In this document: one piece after another, positions 19,827-29,487 of the stretch | Position numbering within the stretch: the first letter of the stretch is position 1 | Layout: the number at the start of each line of letters is the position of its first letter | Origin: Candidatus Eiseniibacteriota bacterium | Lineage (GTDB): Bacteria; Eisenbacteria; RBG-16-71-46; JABDJR01 | DNA: 64,000 nucleotides | Direction: 5' to 3' | Assembly: GCA_963762255.1 (NCBI GenBank) | Contig: CAVXKA010000001.1 | Coordinates: 160,001-224,000, forward strand | Translations under genes and position numbers: made by a program | Notes under the pieces: generated by a model | Told to the model about the DNA's origin: nothing | The model's database searches: none | Seen by the model: only the letters and a program-made list of their open reading frames with translations

Positions 19827-20741
19827 TCAGATCGGCTCGCCGGGCAGGCGCAGCGGCGCCGGAGTCGGTGCAATGACCCGAAGTTCCTGCGATTCAATAG
19901 GATGTCCCACCCGGATTTCCGCCGCATGGAGCAAATAGCCCGGATCCCCCGGGAGCGCGGTGGCGTCGCGGCCCGGCATGCCCCCGACGGTGTAGAGCGG
20001 GTCTCCCACGAGCGGGTGGCCGGCGGCGGCGAGGTGGATGCGGATCTGGTGCGGCCTCCCGGTGGCGATCACCACATCGGCAAGAAACTCAGGGCCGCGG
20101 CGCTCCAGCACCCGGACTTCGGATCGCGCGGGGCGGCCGGCGGGCGACGCCGCGTGGATCGTCCCGAGGATCGCGTGGGGAACGGGGCCGATCGGGACGT
20201 CGATGGCGAAGTTCTCGCACGCGGGGTCGCCCGCCGCAAGCGCGCGATACCGTTTCCACATCGCTCCGGTGCGCAGCGCCTCGGAGAGGTGCGCGCGTGC
20301 GCGCGCCGTGAGCGCGAAGAGCACGACACCCGAAGTCCAGCGCCCGAGGCGGTGCACCGGCGTCGCGAGCGGATCGGTGCGTCGCACCAGCGACAGAAGC
20401 GTGTTCTCGAGGTACCCCCCGCCGGGCAGGGTTGGCAGCCCGGCCGGCTTGGCTACAGCGAGAACGTGTTCGTCACGATGGAGCACGGTGTACGAGGTCG
20501 GCGCCGAGGGCTCGATCCAGGGCGGCCGCGCCCATTCCAGGACCATTCCCTCGGTGAGAAGCGCGTCGGGCCGCGCGGGCTCGCCGTCCAGAAGCACCTC
20601 GCCCGCCTCGATGCGTTCCAGCCATACGTGCTCCCTGGAGTGCGTGTAGCGCTCGCACAGATGGGCGAGCACACGCGTTCCCGGCGTAAGACGTCGCAGG
20701 CGCTCGCGATAGATGAAGCCTCGGTTCAGCGTTTCCGTCAT
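19827..20741 (-). CDS. RluA-family pseudouridine synthase-like protein (HRLG variant)
   Basis: S4-like N-terminus, KPAGLP, HRLGRWTSG, TGRPHQIRIH, GHPLVGDPLY, YLLHA. Confidence 0.88.
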   Translation of the reverse strand: MTETLNRGFIYRERLRRLTPGTRVLAHLCERYTHSREHVWLERIEAGEVLLDGEPARPDALLTEGMVLEWARPPWIEPSAPTSYTVLHRDEHVLAVAKPAGLPTLPGGGYLENTLLSLVRRTDPLATPVHRLGRWTSGVVLFALTARARAHLSEALRTGAMWKRYRALAAGDPACENFAIDVPIGPVPHAILGTIHAASPAGRPARSEVRVLERRGPEFLADVVIATGRPHQIRIHLAAAGHPLVGDPLYTVGGMPGRDATALPGDPGYLLHAAEIRVGHPIESQELRVIAPTPAPLRLPGEPI

Positions 20742-20798
20742 GCCATCATCCTGAACCACTGCGGGCCTTGAGAAAAGTCTCGCCATATCCCCCGCATC

Positions 20799-20946
20799 TG
20801 TTATGCTGCCCCCTTCGCGCACTTCGGTCTGCGCCGCGCAGGCGGTCGTAACTAGTACGTCTGGCCTCCAAACTCTTAGTCATTATCCCGCCTAGACCGT
20901 CCCATGGCTCATCGCTCTGGGTAGGCTCGCACCCAGGAGCGTTTCC
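20799..20946 (+). promoter_or_regulatory. extended -10 promoter and structured 5' leader of rhlE
   Basis: TG-T-TATGCT at 20799-20807. The leader has GGTCT/AGACC and AGGCGG/CCGCCT pairings and a hairpin (20913-20941) covering the AGGAG RBS. Confidence 0.45.
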
Positions 20947-22533
20947 ATGTCGTTTCGTACTCTCGGCCTTCGGGCCGAGCTACTCCGTGCCGTTTCCGAT
21001 GAGGGCTATGACCGGCCCACCCCCGTGCAAACCCGGGCCATTCCCGTGGTCCTTGCGGGACGCGATCTCATGGCCGAGGCCCAGACCGGGACCGGCAAGA
21101 CCGCGGCTTTCGTCCTTCCCATGCTGCAACTCTTGAGCGCGCCACCGGCGAGTCCGGCGACCGCGAAGGGCGCGGGCGAGCGGCGAGGCCGTTCCCCCGT
21201 TGCCCCCGTGCGCGCCCTCATCCTCACCCCCACGCGAGAGCTGGCCGCGCAGGTCGAGGAAAGCGTGAAAACCTACGGCAGGCACCTGCCCCAGCGATCC
21301 GCCGTGATCTTCGGCGGCGTGAGCGCGGTGCCTCAGCTTGCCGCGCTCCGCAAGGGCGTCGATATCGTGGTGGCCACGCCGGGACGTCTTCTCGACCACA
21401 TCACGCAGAAGAACATCGATCTGTCCCGGATCGAGATCCTCGTGCTGGACGAAGCGGATCGCATGCTCGACATGGGCTTCATCCGGGACATTCGCAAGAT
21501 CCTCGCCGTGCTGCCCCGCGATCGCCAGAACCTGCTCTTCTCCGCGACGTTCTCGGACGAGATCAAGAAGCTGGCGGGCGACATCCTGCGCTCTCCGGAG
21601 ACGGTGCAGGTGGATCGACGCAACGCGCCGCCCGAGCTGGTGGCGCAGGTGATCCATCCCGTCGACCGGCATCGCAAGCGCGAGCTGCTCTCGCACCTGA
21701 TCAGCGCCGGAAAGTGGAAGCAGGTGCTGGTCTTCACGCGCACGAAGCACGGAGCCAACCGGCTTGCGCAGCAGCTCGAGCTGGACGGCATCACGGCCAT
21801 GGCCATTCACGGCAACAAGAGCCAGGGCGCGCGCACCCAGGCGCTCGGAAGCTTCAAGCGCGGCACGCTGCGGGTGCTGGTAGCGACCGACATCGCCTCG
21901 CGGGGGCTCGACATCGATCAGCTCCCGCACGTGGTGAACTACGAGTTGCCGCATGTTCCGGAGGACTACGTGCACAGGATCGGGCGCACCGGTCGCGCGG
22001 GAACCGAGGGGGCCGCGGTCTCGCTGGTCTGCGTGGACGAGCACAAACTGCTCGCCGACATCGAGCGCCTGCTCAAGCGGGATCTGCCGCGGACGACCTT
22101 GCGCGGATTCGAGCCGGATCCTTCGATCGCGGCCGAGCCGATCGTGAAGGGACGCGCGCCGGCGGGCGGCGGCAAGCCGAGGGCTTCGCGGCCGGGGGCG
22201 AGTTCGCACCGGAACCCGCGGGCGGCGTCGGACTCGCGGCCGGGGGCCGGTGCACGACGCACGTCACAGCCGGCGGGGAAATCACCGAGGGCGGGGGCGT
22301 CGCACCCGCAGCGTCCTCAGGCCGCGGCAACCAGACCACAGCGCGCGCATGCGCCGGCGGCGAGTTCGGCGCGTTCCGGTGCCCCCGCAATGAAGCCACA
22401 CCGCGCCGCCGCACCGGCAGCGAAGGCGTCGTCCGACGCTTCGCCTGCGATGGGCCGAGCGCCGAGGAGCTATCCCTCGTCGTCGAGAGGGCGCCGGTCG
22501 CGACCCGCGCCGCGCCGCACGTCCTCCGTCTAG
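20947..22533 (+). CDS. rhlE: DEAD-box ATP-dependent RNA helicase RhlE-like
   Basis: [34 protein letters not shown]; long basic low-complexity tail. Confidence 0.92.
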   Translation: MSFRTLGLRAELLRAVSDEGYDRPTPVQTRAIPVVLAGRDLMAEAQTGTGKTAAFVLPMLQLLSAPPASPATAKGAGERRGRSPVAPVRALILTPTRELAAQVEESVKTYGRHLPQRSAVIFGGVSAVPQLAALRKGVDIVVATPGRLLDHITQKNIDLSRIEILVLDEADRMLDMGFIRDIRKILAVLPRDRQNLLFSATFSDEIKKLAGDILRSPETVQVDRRNAPPELVAQVIHPVDRHRKRELLSHLISAGKWKQVLVFTRTKHGANRLAQQLELDGITAMAIHGNKSQGARTQALGSFKRGTLRVLVATDIASRGLDIDQLPHVVNYELPHVPEDYVHRIGRTGRAGTEGAAVSLVCVDEHKLLADIERLLKRDLPRTTLRGFEPDPSIAAEPIVKGRAPAGGGKPRASRPGASSHRNPRAASDSRPGAGARRTSQPAGKSPRAGASHPQRPQAAATRPQRAHAPAASSARSGAPAMKPHRAAAPAAKASSDASPAMGRAPRSYPSSSRGRRSRPAPRRTSSV

Positions 22534-22657
22534 TCGCACGTCCGCCGTCTGGCCGCACCGAATCCGGACACGCCGCAGCGACCGATCTCGCGCTTTCGCG
22601 CGGGTGTAGAATCCGGTCGGGCTCGGGGTCACCCCCAGACCGGGCCGGGAGGCGACC

Positions 22658-23941
22658 ATGCGAAGAGAGGCACTCGCTACCGTCGCGCTCGTTGCGGCGA
22701 TCCTCCTCGGATGCGGCGACAGTACCAAGCCAGACGGAGACGGTCGCATTCTCTGGAGTTTCCAGGCGGACGCACCCATCTATTACGGCTCCCCGGCGCT
22801 GAGCGCGGACGATTCGACCGTCTACCTGGGCACGTCCACGTGGTACTACGGGGCGGCGGATAGCGACCACGCCTTTTACGCACTCACCGTCGCCACCGGG
22901 AAGGTGAAATGGAGATACCCGCTGGGCGAGGCGATGGTGCGCTCCTCCGCGGCGGTGGCCCCCGACGGATCGGTCTACTTCGTCACCACGGGTCCCGATG
23001 AGATCGACGGCACCATCAACGATCACCTCGTTCGTCTTGATGCACGGGGGCGCTACCTCTGGAGCTACGACATCAATCCCCAGGTGAAGGGTTCACCGGT
23101 CGGCCACTCTTCGCCCGCGGTGGGTCCGGACGGCACCGTCTATGTGGCCGGCGACGTGCTGTACGCGATCAACCCCGACGGGAGCCGCAAGTGGAAGACG
23201 CTCGACAACCTCGGCGAGGACATGCGGAACTCGCCGGTGATCGGCGCCGACGGCACCGTGTATTTCGTCTATCACAACGTCCCGCTGACCGCGTTCGATC
23301 CCGAGAATGGCAGCGTGCGCTGGTCCACCCCGCTCGGGGTGAATGACCACTGCTTCGCCTCGCCGTCGATCGGCGCGGACGGCACGATCTACGTAGCCAC
23401 GAACCCCGGGGTGCTCTACGCGGTCAGCGCGTCCGGGCAGATTCTGTGGACGTTCGACACCCGGACGGTCGGCTACACCGGCACCATGCGATCCTCGCCG
23501 GCGGTGGATGCGGACGGCACGATCTATTTCGGCACCAACGAGGGGAACCCGACCCCGGCGTTCTTCGCGCTTCACCCGAACGGGACGGTGGCGTGGCGGT
23601 TCGACCCCTCGGATCTCCCCTCCGACACCCCGCCCGACCACTTCGACATCTACTCGTCACCGGCGATCGGGTCGGACGGCACGATCTACTTCGGGCAGGA
23701 GTTCGGGCGCGTGTACGCGTTGGACCCGGCGGACGGTTCCATGCGCTGGATGGAGCCCACGCACGACGGCATCACCTGGTGCTCGCCCGCGCTGACCGCG
23801 GACGGCGTGCTCGTGATCGCCGATCTCTCGGGGCGCGTCTTCGCCATGCAGACCGACAGCCGCGGGCTCAAGACCTCGGCGCCCTGGCCGAAGTTCCGCC
23901 GCGACGCGCGGAACAGCGCGTGCCGGATGGGGGGCGGGTAG
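22658..23941 (+). CDS. PQQ-like beta-propeller repeat lipoprotein
   Basis: Lipobox LLGC; about 8 repeats of S(S)PAxxxDGTxY...LYAxxxDGxxxW. Confidence 0.85.
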   Translation: MRREALATVALVAAILLGCGDSTKPDGDGRILWSFQADAPIYYGSPALSADDSTVYLGTSTWYYGAADSDHAFYALTVATGKVKWRYPLGEAMVRSSAAVAPDGSVYFVTTGPDEIDGTINDHLVRLDARGRYLWSYDINPQVKGSPVGHSSPAVGPDGTVYVAGDVLYAINPDGSRKWKTLDNLGEDMRNSPVIGADGTVYFVYHNVPLTAFDPENGSVRWSTPLGVNDHCFASPSIGADGTIYVATNPGVLYAVSASGQILWTFDTRTVGYTGTMRSSPAVDADGTIYFGTNEGNPTPAFFALHPNGTVAWRFDPSDLPSDTPPDHFDIYSSPAIGSDGTIYFGQEFGRVYALDPADGSMRWMEPTHDGITWCSPALTADGVLVIADLSGRVFAMQTDSRGLKTSAPWPKFRRDARNSACRMGGG

Positions 23942-23984
23942 GCGTTCAGCAGGCCGGCGCGTCGGACTTGCGAGAGCAAACCGG

Positions 23985-25358
23985 CTAGCCCACAAGCGCA
24001 ACGCGCAGGTCCATGACGTTGGTGCGCGTCGGGCCGGTGCGCACGAGCCCTCCCGTTCGCGCGAAGAACGGATAGGCGTCGTGGCGGTCGAGGAAGTCGC
24101 GTGGGTCGAGTGTGAGGATGCGCGCGGCGCGGGCCACGCTGGCGTCGGCGAGAGCGCCGGCGGCGTCGGTCGGCCCGTCCTCGCCGTCCGTGCCTCCGCT
24201 CAAGACGATCGCCCCGCGCAACCCCGCTTCGCCGAGGTGTGCGAGCGCGGAGAGCGCCAGCTCCTGGTTGCGCCCGCCCTTGCCGTGCTCCCCGCCTAGC
24301 GTGACCGTGGTCTCGCCGCCGCTCAGTATGCACGCGGGTGTCGCGATCGGGCGCCCCTCTTCACGCACGGAGCGAACCAGCCCGGCCAGCACGATGCCAA
24401 CCTCCCGCGATTCGCCCTCGATGCGCGCGCCAAGATCCAGAACACGGTAGCCGCGCGCGCGCGCCAGACGCCCCGCCGCGCGCATCGCGATCACGTTGTT
24501 GCCGATCACCATGTTTCGCACGCGCGAAGGCAACCGCTTGGCGGTCTCGGGAAGCTCGCCCGCGGCGCCGCGCCGCAGGTGCCGCAGCACTCGCGTCGGC
24601 GTCTTCGCCTCGAGCGCGTACTTCGCCAGCACGGCCAGCGCCTCCGCGTAGGTGGTGGGATCGGGCGCGGTCGGACCCGAGGCGATCACGTCGAGCGGAT
24701 CGCCCACCACGTCGGAGACGACGAGGCTCACCACGCGCGCGCGGCCAGCAGCTTCGGCGAGTCGGCCCCCCTTCACGCGGGAGAGATGCTTGCGAACCGC
24801 GTTCATCTCGTTGATGGTGGCCCCGCAGGAGTGAAGCAAGCGGGTCGTCCGCAGCTTGTCATCGAGGGTCACGTCTCCCGCCGGTGCGGGGAGGAGCGCC
24901 GAGCCCCCGCCGGAGATAAGGCAGAGCACGAGATCGCGCGCGCCAAGTCCGCTCAGGAGATCCAGCATGCGCGCGGCGCCGGCGACACCGGCCTCGGTGG
25001 GATTGTTGTCGTATCCCGCGCGGGCGCCGTGGAGCTCGACACGCCGCAATGGATGTACCTGCGCGTCGGGCACGTTGACGCAACCGCGCACGTCGTGCGC
25101 TTCGAGCAGACGATCCCCCAGCGCTTCCTCCAGCGCCTCGGCCATGGCCCCGCCCGCCTTGCCCGCCCCCGCCACGACGACACGGCGCACGCGATCGAGA
25201 GGGACCCGCACGTCCCCTCCGATCGTCAGCGCGTTCCCGCGCACACGCACCGAGCGGCGCACCAGGAATCCTGCGTCGACCGCGCGCACGCCCGCGCCCC
25301 AGATCGCGAGCGCGTCCTCGCGCAGTGTCTTGACCGATCTGCGTCGCGTGGCGCTCAT
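23985..25358 (-). CDS. glycerate 2-kinase (TtuD/GckA, MOFRL family)
   Basis: GAGKA, LISGGGSAL, RKHLSRVKGG, IASGPT, GGETTV, GGRNQE, GTDGEDG, TNVMD. Confidence 0.93.
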   Translation of the reverse strand: MSATRRRSVKTLREDALAIWGAGVRAVDAGFLVRRSVRVRGNALTIGGDVRVPLDRVRRVVVAGAGKAGGAMAEALEEALGDRLLEAHDVRGCVNVPDAQVHPLRRVELHGARAGYDNNPTEAGVAGAARMLDLLSGLGARDLVLCLISGGGSALLPAPAGDVTLDDKLRTTRLLHSCGATINEMNAVRKHLSRVKGGRLAEAAGRARVVSLVVSDVVGDPLDVIASGPTAPDPTTYAEALAVLAKYALEAKTPTRVLRHLRRGAAGELPETAKRLPSRVRNMVIGNNVIAMRAAGRLARARGYRVLDLGARIEGESREVGIVLAGLVRSVREEGRPIATPACILSGGETTVTLGGEHGKGGRNQELALSALAHLGEAGLRGAIVLSGGTDGEDGPTDAAGALADASVARAARILTLDPRDFLDRHDAYPFFARTGGLVRTGPTRTNVMDLRVALVG

Positions 25359-25445
25359 GCCTCTCCTCGTGCAAACGTTGACCGTCCCCGGGGCGCTTCC
25401 TACAATGTCGCGACAGGCCTCCGACCGCCCACCCGAGGATCATCC

Positions 25446-26438
25446 ATGTCCAAGCCCAGAGTGTTCGTGACCCGAGTCATCCCCGCCGGGGGCTTGGACC
25501 GAGTCCGGGCCGCCTGTCGCGCGGAGGTCTGGCCCGAACCGCTCCCCCCGTCGCACGAGATTCTGCGAGAAAAGGCGGCGGAGTGCGAGGGGCTTCTCAC
25601 GATGCTCACCGATCGAGTGGACTGGCGATTGATGGACGACTGCCCGCGTCTCAAGGTGGTGAGCAACTACGCGGTGGGCTACAACAATATCGACGTGCAC
25701 TCGGCGACCGAGCGCGGGATCGCGGTGGGCAACACCCCCGAGGTGCTCACCGATGCGACCGCCGACATGGCGTTCTGCCTGATGATCGCGGCGGCGCGAA
25801 GATTGGTGGAAGCCAACCGCGATCTCCTCTCCGGGCGCTGGAAGACCTGGGAGCCTCTGGGGCACGTCGGCCAGGATCTCACCGGTCGCACGCTCGGCAT
25901 CGTCGGCATGGGGCGGATCGGGACGGCGCTCTCCCGCCGATGCCACGGCGGATGGGGCATGCGCATCCTCTATGCGGACGTGAAGCGGCGCGAGCGCGCG
26001 GAAGAGGAACTGGGCGCAGAGCGCGTGGACTTCGACGAGATGCTCCGTCAGAGCGACTTCGTGAGCGTCCACACCACGCTCAACAACGGAACGCGCGGCA
26101 TGTTCAACGCCGCCGTCTTCCGAAAGATGAAGCGCACCGCGGTGTTCGTGAACACCGCGCGGGGCCCCATCCACGTGCACGAGGACCTCTACCGAGCGCT
26201 GCGGGACCGAGTGATCTTCGCCGCAGGGCTCGACGTGACCGATCCTGAGCCGCTTCCGATCGACGATCCGCTCCTCGCGCTCCCCAATATCGTGATCGCG
26301 CCGCACATCGCGAGCGCCACCGTGACGAGCCGGAACGCGATGGCGGAGATCGCGGCCGAGAACCTCCTTGCGGGACTGGACGGGCGGCCGCTGCGGGCGT
26401 GGGTGAACCCCGAGGTCGAGGGACACCGGCGCGTCTAG
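25446..26438 (+). CDS. D-glycerate dehydrogenase / glyoxylate reductase (D-2-hydroxyacid dehydrogenase)
   Basis: AVGYNNID, NTPEVLT, GMGRIG, NTARG, AGLDVTDPEP, PHIASA. Divergent from the glycerate kinase gene. Confidence 0.92.
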   Translation: MSKPRVFVTRVIPAGGLDRVRAACRAEVWPEPLPPSHEILREKAAECEGLLTMLTDRVDWRLMDDCPRLKVVSNYAVGYNNIDVHSATERGIAVGNTPEVLTDATADMAFCLMIAAARRLVEANRDLLSGRWKTWEPLGHVGQDLTGRTLGIVGMGRIGTALSRRCHGGWGMRILYADVKRRERAEEELGAERVDFDEMLRQSDFVSVHTTLNNGTRGMFNAAVFRKMKRTAVFVNTARGPIHVHEDLYRALRDRVIFAAGLDVTDPEPLPIDDPLLALPNIVIAPHIASATVTSRNAMAEIAAENLLAGLDGRPLRAWVNPEVEGHRRV

Positions 26439-26479
26439 TGGCGTAGTATGGTGAGGTTTCTGAGGATCGAAACCGAGCC

Positions 26480-28999
26480 ATGATCGATCGCCTGGAAATC
26501 CTGATCAGCCGCCTGCGGCGCCTCGTGAGCCGGACTCGGTGGAGTTCGCGGCTCCTCGGCCATCCCGCACCCCCCGCGCACACCGACGCGCCCGGCCTCG
26601 TGCTCATTCAAGTCGACGGCCTCGGCGAGAAGATCCTCAAACAGGCGCTCCAGGACGGCGACATGCCGTTCCTCAAAAGGCTGGTCGAACAGGAGCGGCA
26701 CGAGATCCGGTCGGTCTACACCGGGCTTCCCAGCAACACCCCCGGTTTCCACGCCGAGCTCTTCTACGGCGTGCCGTCCGCGGTCCCCTCGTTCCGCTAC
26801 CGCGACCCCGAGACCGGGCAGGTGGTGCTTCTCAACGACAGGGAGACCGTGGTTGCGCTCGAGTCCCGTCTCGCCGAGCAGGGACCGGGGTTGTTGGAGG
26901 GCGGTTCGGCGTGGGCCGGCATCTATAGCGGCGGCGCCACCGAGTCGCACCTCTGCGTGGCCACGCCGGGGCTGCGCCGGGTTCCGCGTCTGTTGCGCCG
27001 GCTCCGACTGGCCGGAGTTCTCGCCGCGCACACGTGGAACATGCTGCGAGTGATCGGCGCGCTCTTCCTCCTGACCGGCGCCGCGCTGCGCAACTGGACG
27101 CGCGGGCGGATCGATCGGCACGATCTGGTCGAGGAGATTCGCGTCATCCCCTTCCGCGTGCTGGTGAGCGCGGCGCTGCGGGAAATCGTGGCCGCAGGCG
27201 CTTCCATCGACACCGAACGCGGACTGCCGATCATCCATCTCAACTTCCCGGGCTATGACGACAACGCGCACCGTCGAGGGCCCGACTCGCGGGTGGCGCG
27301 ATGGTCGCTGCGCGGGATCGATCGATCGATCCAGCGCGTGTGGCTCGCCGCGCACCGCGCCACGGCGCGCGACTATCAGGTCTGGATCTACTCGGACCAC
27401 GGCCAGGAGTCCGTGGTCTCGTTCGAACGACGCACGGGCGAGGCGCTTCCCCAGGCCGTCGATCGCGTCTACGCGTGGGTGCGCGACATCGTCGGGAAGG
27501 AGGGCACGCCGCCTCCCGCCTTCGCCTTCCTGCCGGCGCGCGGAGAGACGCGCGCGCGGACCCTGGCCGCGGGCCTTCCCGATTGGATGGCGGGAGGAGA
27601 GGCGCGGCGCGGCTCTGCGGGCGACGTGCGGGCGAACGAGCGGCGGAGCACGCCTGCGGAGAGCGATGCCGATGAAGGAGCCCTGGAGGTGGTCTATCAG
27701 GGACCGCTGGCATCGGTGCACCTGCCCGCACGGCATGATCGCGCGTTTCTGGCGTGGTTCGCCGAGGTGCTGGCGGCCGAGGGGAGCGTGCCCTGGGTGC
27801 TCGTGCGCGAGAGCGAGACCTCGGCGCTCGCCTTCCACACGGACGGGCGATTCCATCGGCTGCCCGAGGATGCCGCGGTCCTCCTGGGCGACGATCATCC
27901 CTTCCGCGATCTCGCCGCACGAGACCTGGTGCGGCTGGTGAACCATCCGAGCGGAGGCGATCTGCTCCTGCTCGGATGGGATTCGCGCGGTCCCCTATCG
28001 TTCGAGGAAGAACGCGGAAGTCACGGCGGGCCGGGCCCCGCCGAGACCTCCGCGTTCGTGGTGCTCCCCCCCGAGTCCGCGCTGGCTTGCCGCAAGGTGA
28101 CCGGCGTGCGGCCGCTCGATCTGCGCAGTCTGGCCTTCGCCATGCTCGATCGCGCCCTGGAGACGGGTCCCGAGCGAGGCCCCCGGATGGAGGTGCTGGG
28201 CACGCGCGAGCACGTTCTCGCGGAGGATGCAGCCGAGGTCCACCTGCGCCTCATGACCTACAACGTGCACGGATGCCGCGGCATGGACGGCAAGTACGCG
28301 CCGCACCGCATCGCGCGCGTGATCGCACGCGAACGCCCCGACGTGGTCTGTCTCCAGGAATTGGATCAGGAGCGCACGCGATCGGGCGGGATCGACCAGG
28401 TGGCGGTGATCGCGCGGCAACTGCGCGCCGACTATCGATTCCACGCAGCGGCGGAGGTGGACGACGGGCGATTCGGCAACGCGGTGCTCTCGGCGTTTCC
28501 GATCCGCTTCGTGGCGGCCGGCCCGCTTCCCTCCGCCGAACGGGCGAAGGACATGTTCAATCTCGAAGACCGCGGCACTTTGTGGGTGGAACTGGCGCTG
28601 AACGGCGCGTCGATCCAGATTCTCAACACCCACCTGAGCATTCTCCAGCACGAGCGGCGCCTTCAGGTGGAGGCGCTCCTGGGAGCCCAGTGGCTCGGTC
28701 ACCCGGACTGTCGTGAACCGGTCATCCTGGCCGGCGACTTCAACGCCTCGCCCGATTCGTGGTCGGTGCGTCGGGTGGAGAGCCGGCTTCGTAACGTCGT
28801 GCCACCCGACCGCGACGATCGCGACCTGCGCACGTGGAGCGGACGCATGCCGCTGCGGCGGATCGACCACATCTTCGTCGGCGAGGGCGTGCGGGTGGAG
28901 GGCGTGCACGTGCCCCGCAACCGGCTATCCCGCGTGGCATCGGATCACCTACCGATGGTGGTGGACCTGATCTGTCGCGTTCCGGTGAGGATCGAGTAG
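26480..28999 (+). CDS. fusion of alkaline-phosphatase-superfamily (phosphodiesterase) domain and endonuclease/exonuclease/phosphatase domain
   Basis: N-terminal QVDG, LPSNTP, YDDNAH, SDHGQ, SHGG; C-terminal TYNVH, LQE, GNAVLS, NTHL, GDFN, IDHIF, SDHLP. Confidence 0.85.
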   Translation: MIDRLEILISRLRRLVSRTRWSSRLLGHPAPPAHTDAPGLVLIQVDGLGEKILKQALQDGDMPFLKRLVEQERHEIRSVYTGLPSNTPGFHAELFYGVPSAVPSFRYRDPETGQVVLLNDRETVVALESRLAEQGPGLLEGGSAWAGIYSGGATESHLCVATPGLRRVPRLLRRLRLAGVLAAHTWNMLRVIGALFLLTGAALRNWTRGRIDRHDLVEEIRVIPFRVLVSAALREIVAAGASIDTERGLPIIHLNFPGYDDNAHRRGPDSRVARWSLRGIDRSIQRVWLAAHRATARDYQVWIYSDHGQESVVSFERRTGEALPQAVDRVYAWVRDIVGKEGTPPPAFAFLPARGETRARTLAAGLPDWMAGGEARRGSAGDVRANERRSTPAESDADEGALEVVYQGPLASVHLPARHDRAFLAWFAEVLAAEGSVPWVLVRESETSALAFHTDGRFHRLPEDAAVLLGDDHPFRDLAARDLVRLVNHPSGGDLLLLGWDSRGPLSFEEERGSHGGPGPAETSAFVVLPPESALACRKVTGVRPLDLRSLAFAMLDRALETGPERGPRMEVLGTREHVLAEDAAEVHLRLMTYNVHGCRGMDGKYAPHRIARVIARERPDVVCLQELDQERTRSGGIDQVAVIARQLRADYRFHAAAEVDDGRFGNAVLSAFPIRFVAAGPLPSAERAKDMFNLEDRGTLWVELALNGASIQILNTHLSILQHERRLQVEALLGAQWLGHPDCREPVILAGDFNASPDSWSVRRVESRLRNVVPPDRDDRDLRTWSGRMPLRRIDHIFVGEGVRVEGVHVPRNRLSRVASDHLPMVVDLICRVPVRIE

Positions 29000-29032
29000 A
29001 CTACCGCCGTCCCCGGACCCAAGGAGGAACGT

Positions 29033-29479
29033 ATGTTCAAGGAGTTCAAGGAATTCGCCATGCGCGGCAATGTCGTGGACATGGCGGTCGGTATCATCAT
29101 CGGCGTCGCGTTCGGAGGGATCATCAGCTCCCTGGTGAACGACATCATCATGCCGCCAATCGGGCTCGCCCTCGGGCGTGTGGACTTCGGCAACCTGTTC
29201 CTCGTCATGAAGGAAGGCGCGACAGCGGGTCCCTACGCGAGCGTGGCCGCGGCCAAGGCGGCGGGAGCGACGACCCTCAACTACGGCATGTTCATCAACA
29301 CGATCATCAACTTCCTGATCGTGGCGTTCGCGGTGTTCATTCTCGTGAAGCAGATGAACCGGCTGAAGAAGGACGCGCCGGCGCCAGCGCCCACTACGAA
29401 GGCGTGCCCCTTCTGCGCCACCGACATCCCGATCCCGGCCAAGCGCTGCCCGCACTGCACGTCGGAGATCAAGGCGTAG
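29033..29479 (+). CDS. mscL: large-conductance mechanosensitive channel
   Basis: [33 protein letters not shown]; C-terminal CPFC...CPHC. Confidence 0.96.
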   Translation: MFKEFKEFAMRGNVVDMAVGIIIGVAFGGIISSLVNDIIMPPIGLALGRVDFGNLFLVMKEGATAGPYASVAAAKAAGATTLNYGMFINTIINFLIVAFAVFILVKQMNRLKKDAPAPAPTTKACPFCATDIPIPAKRCPHCTSEIKA

Positions 29480-29487
29480 CCGGACGA

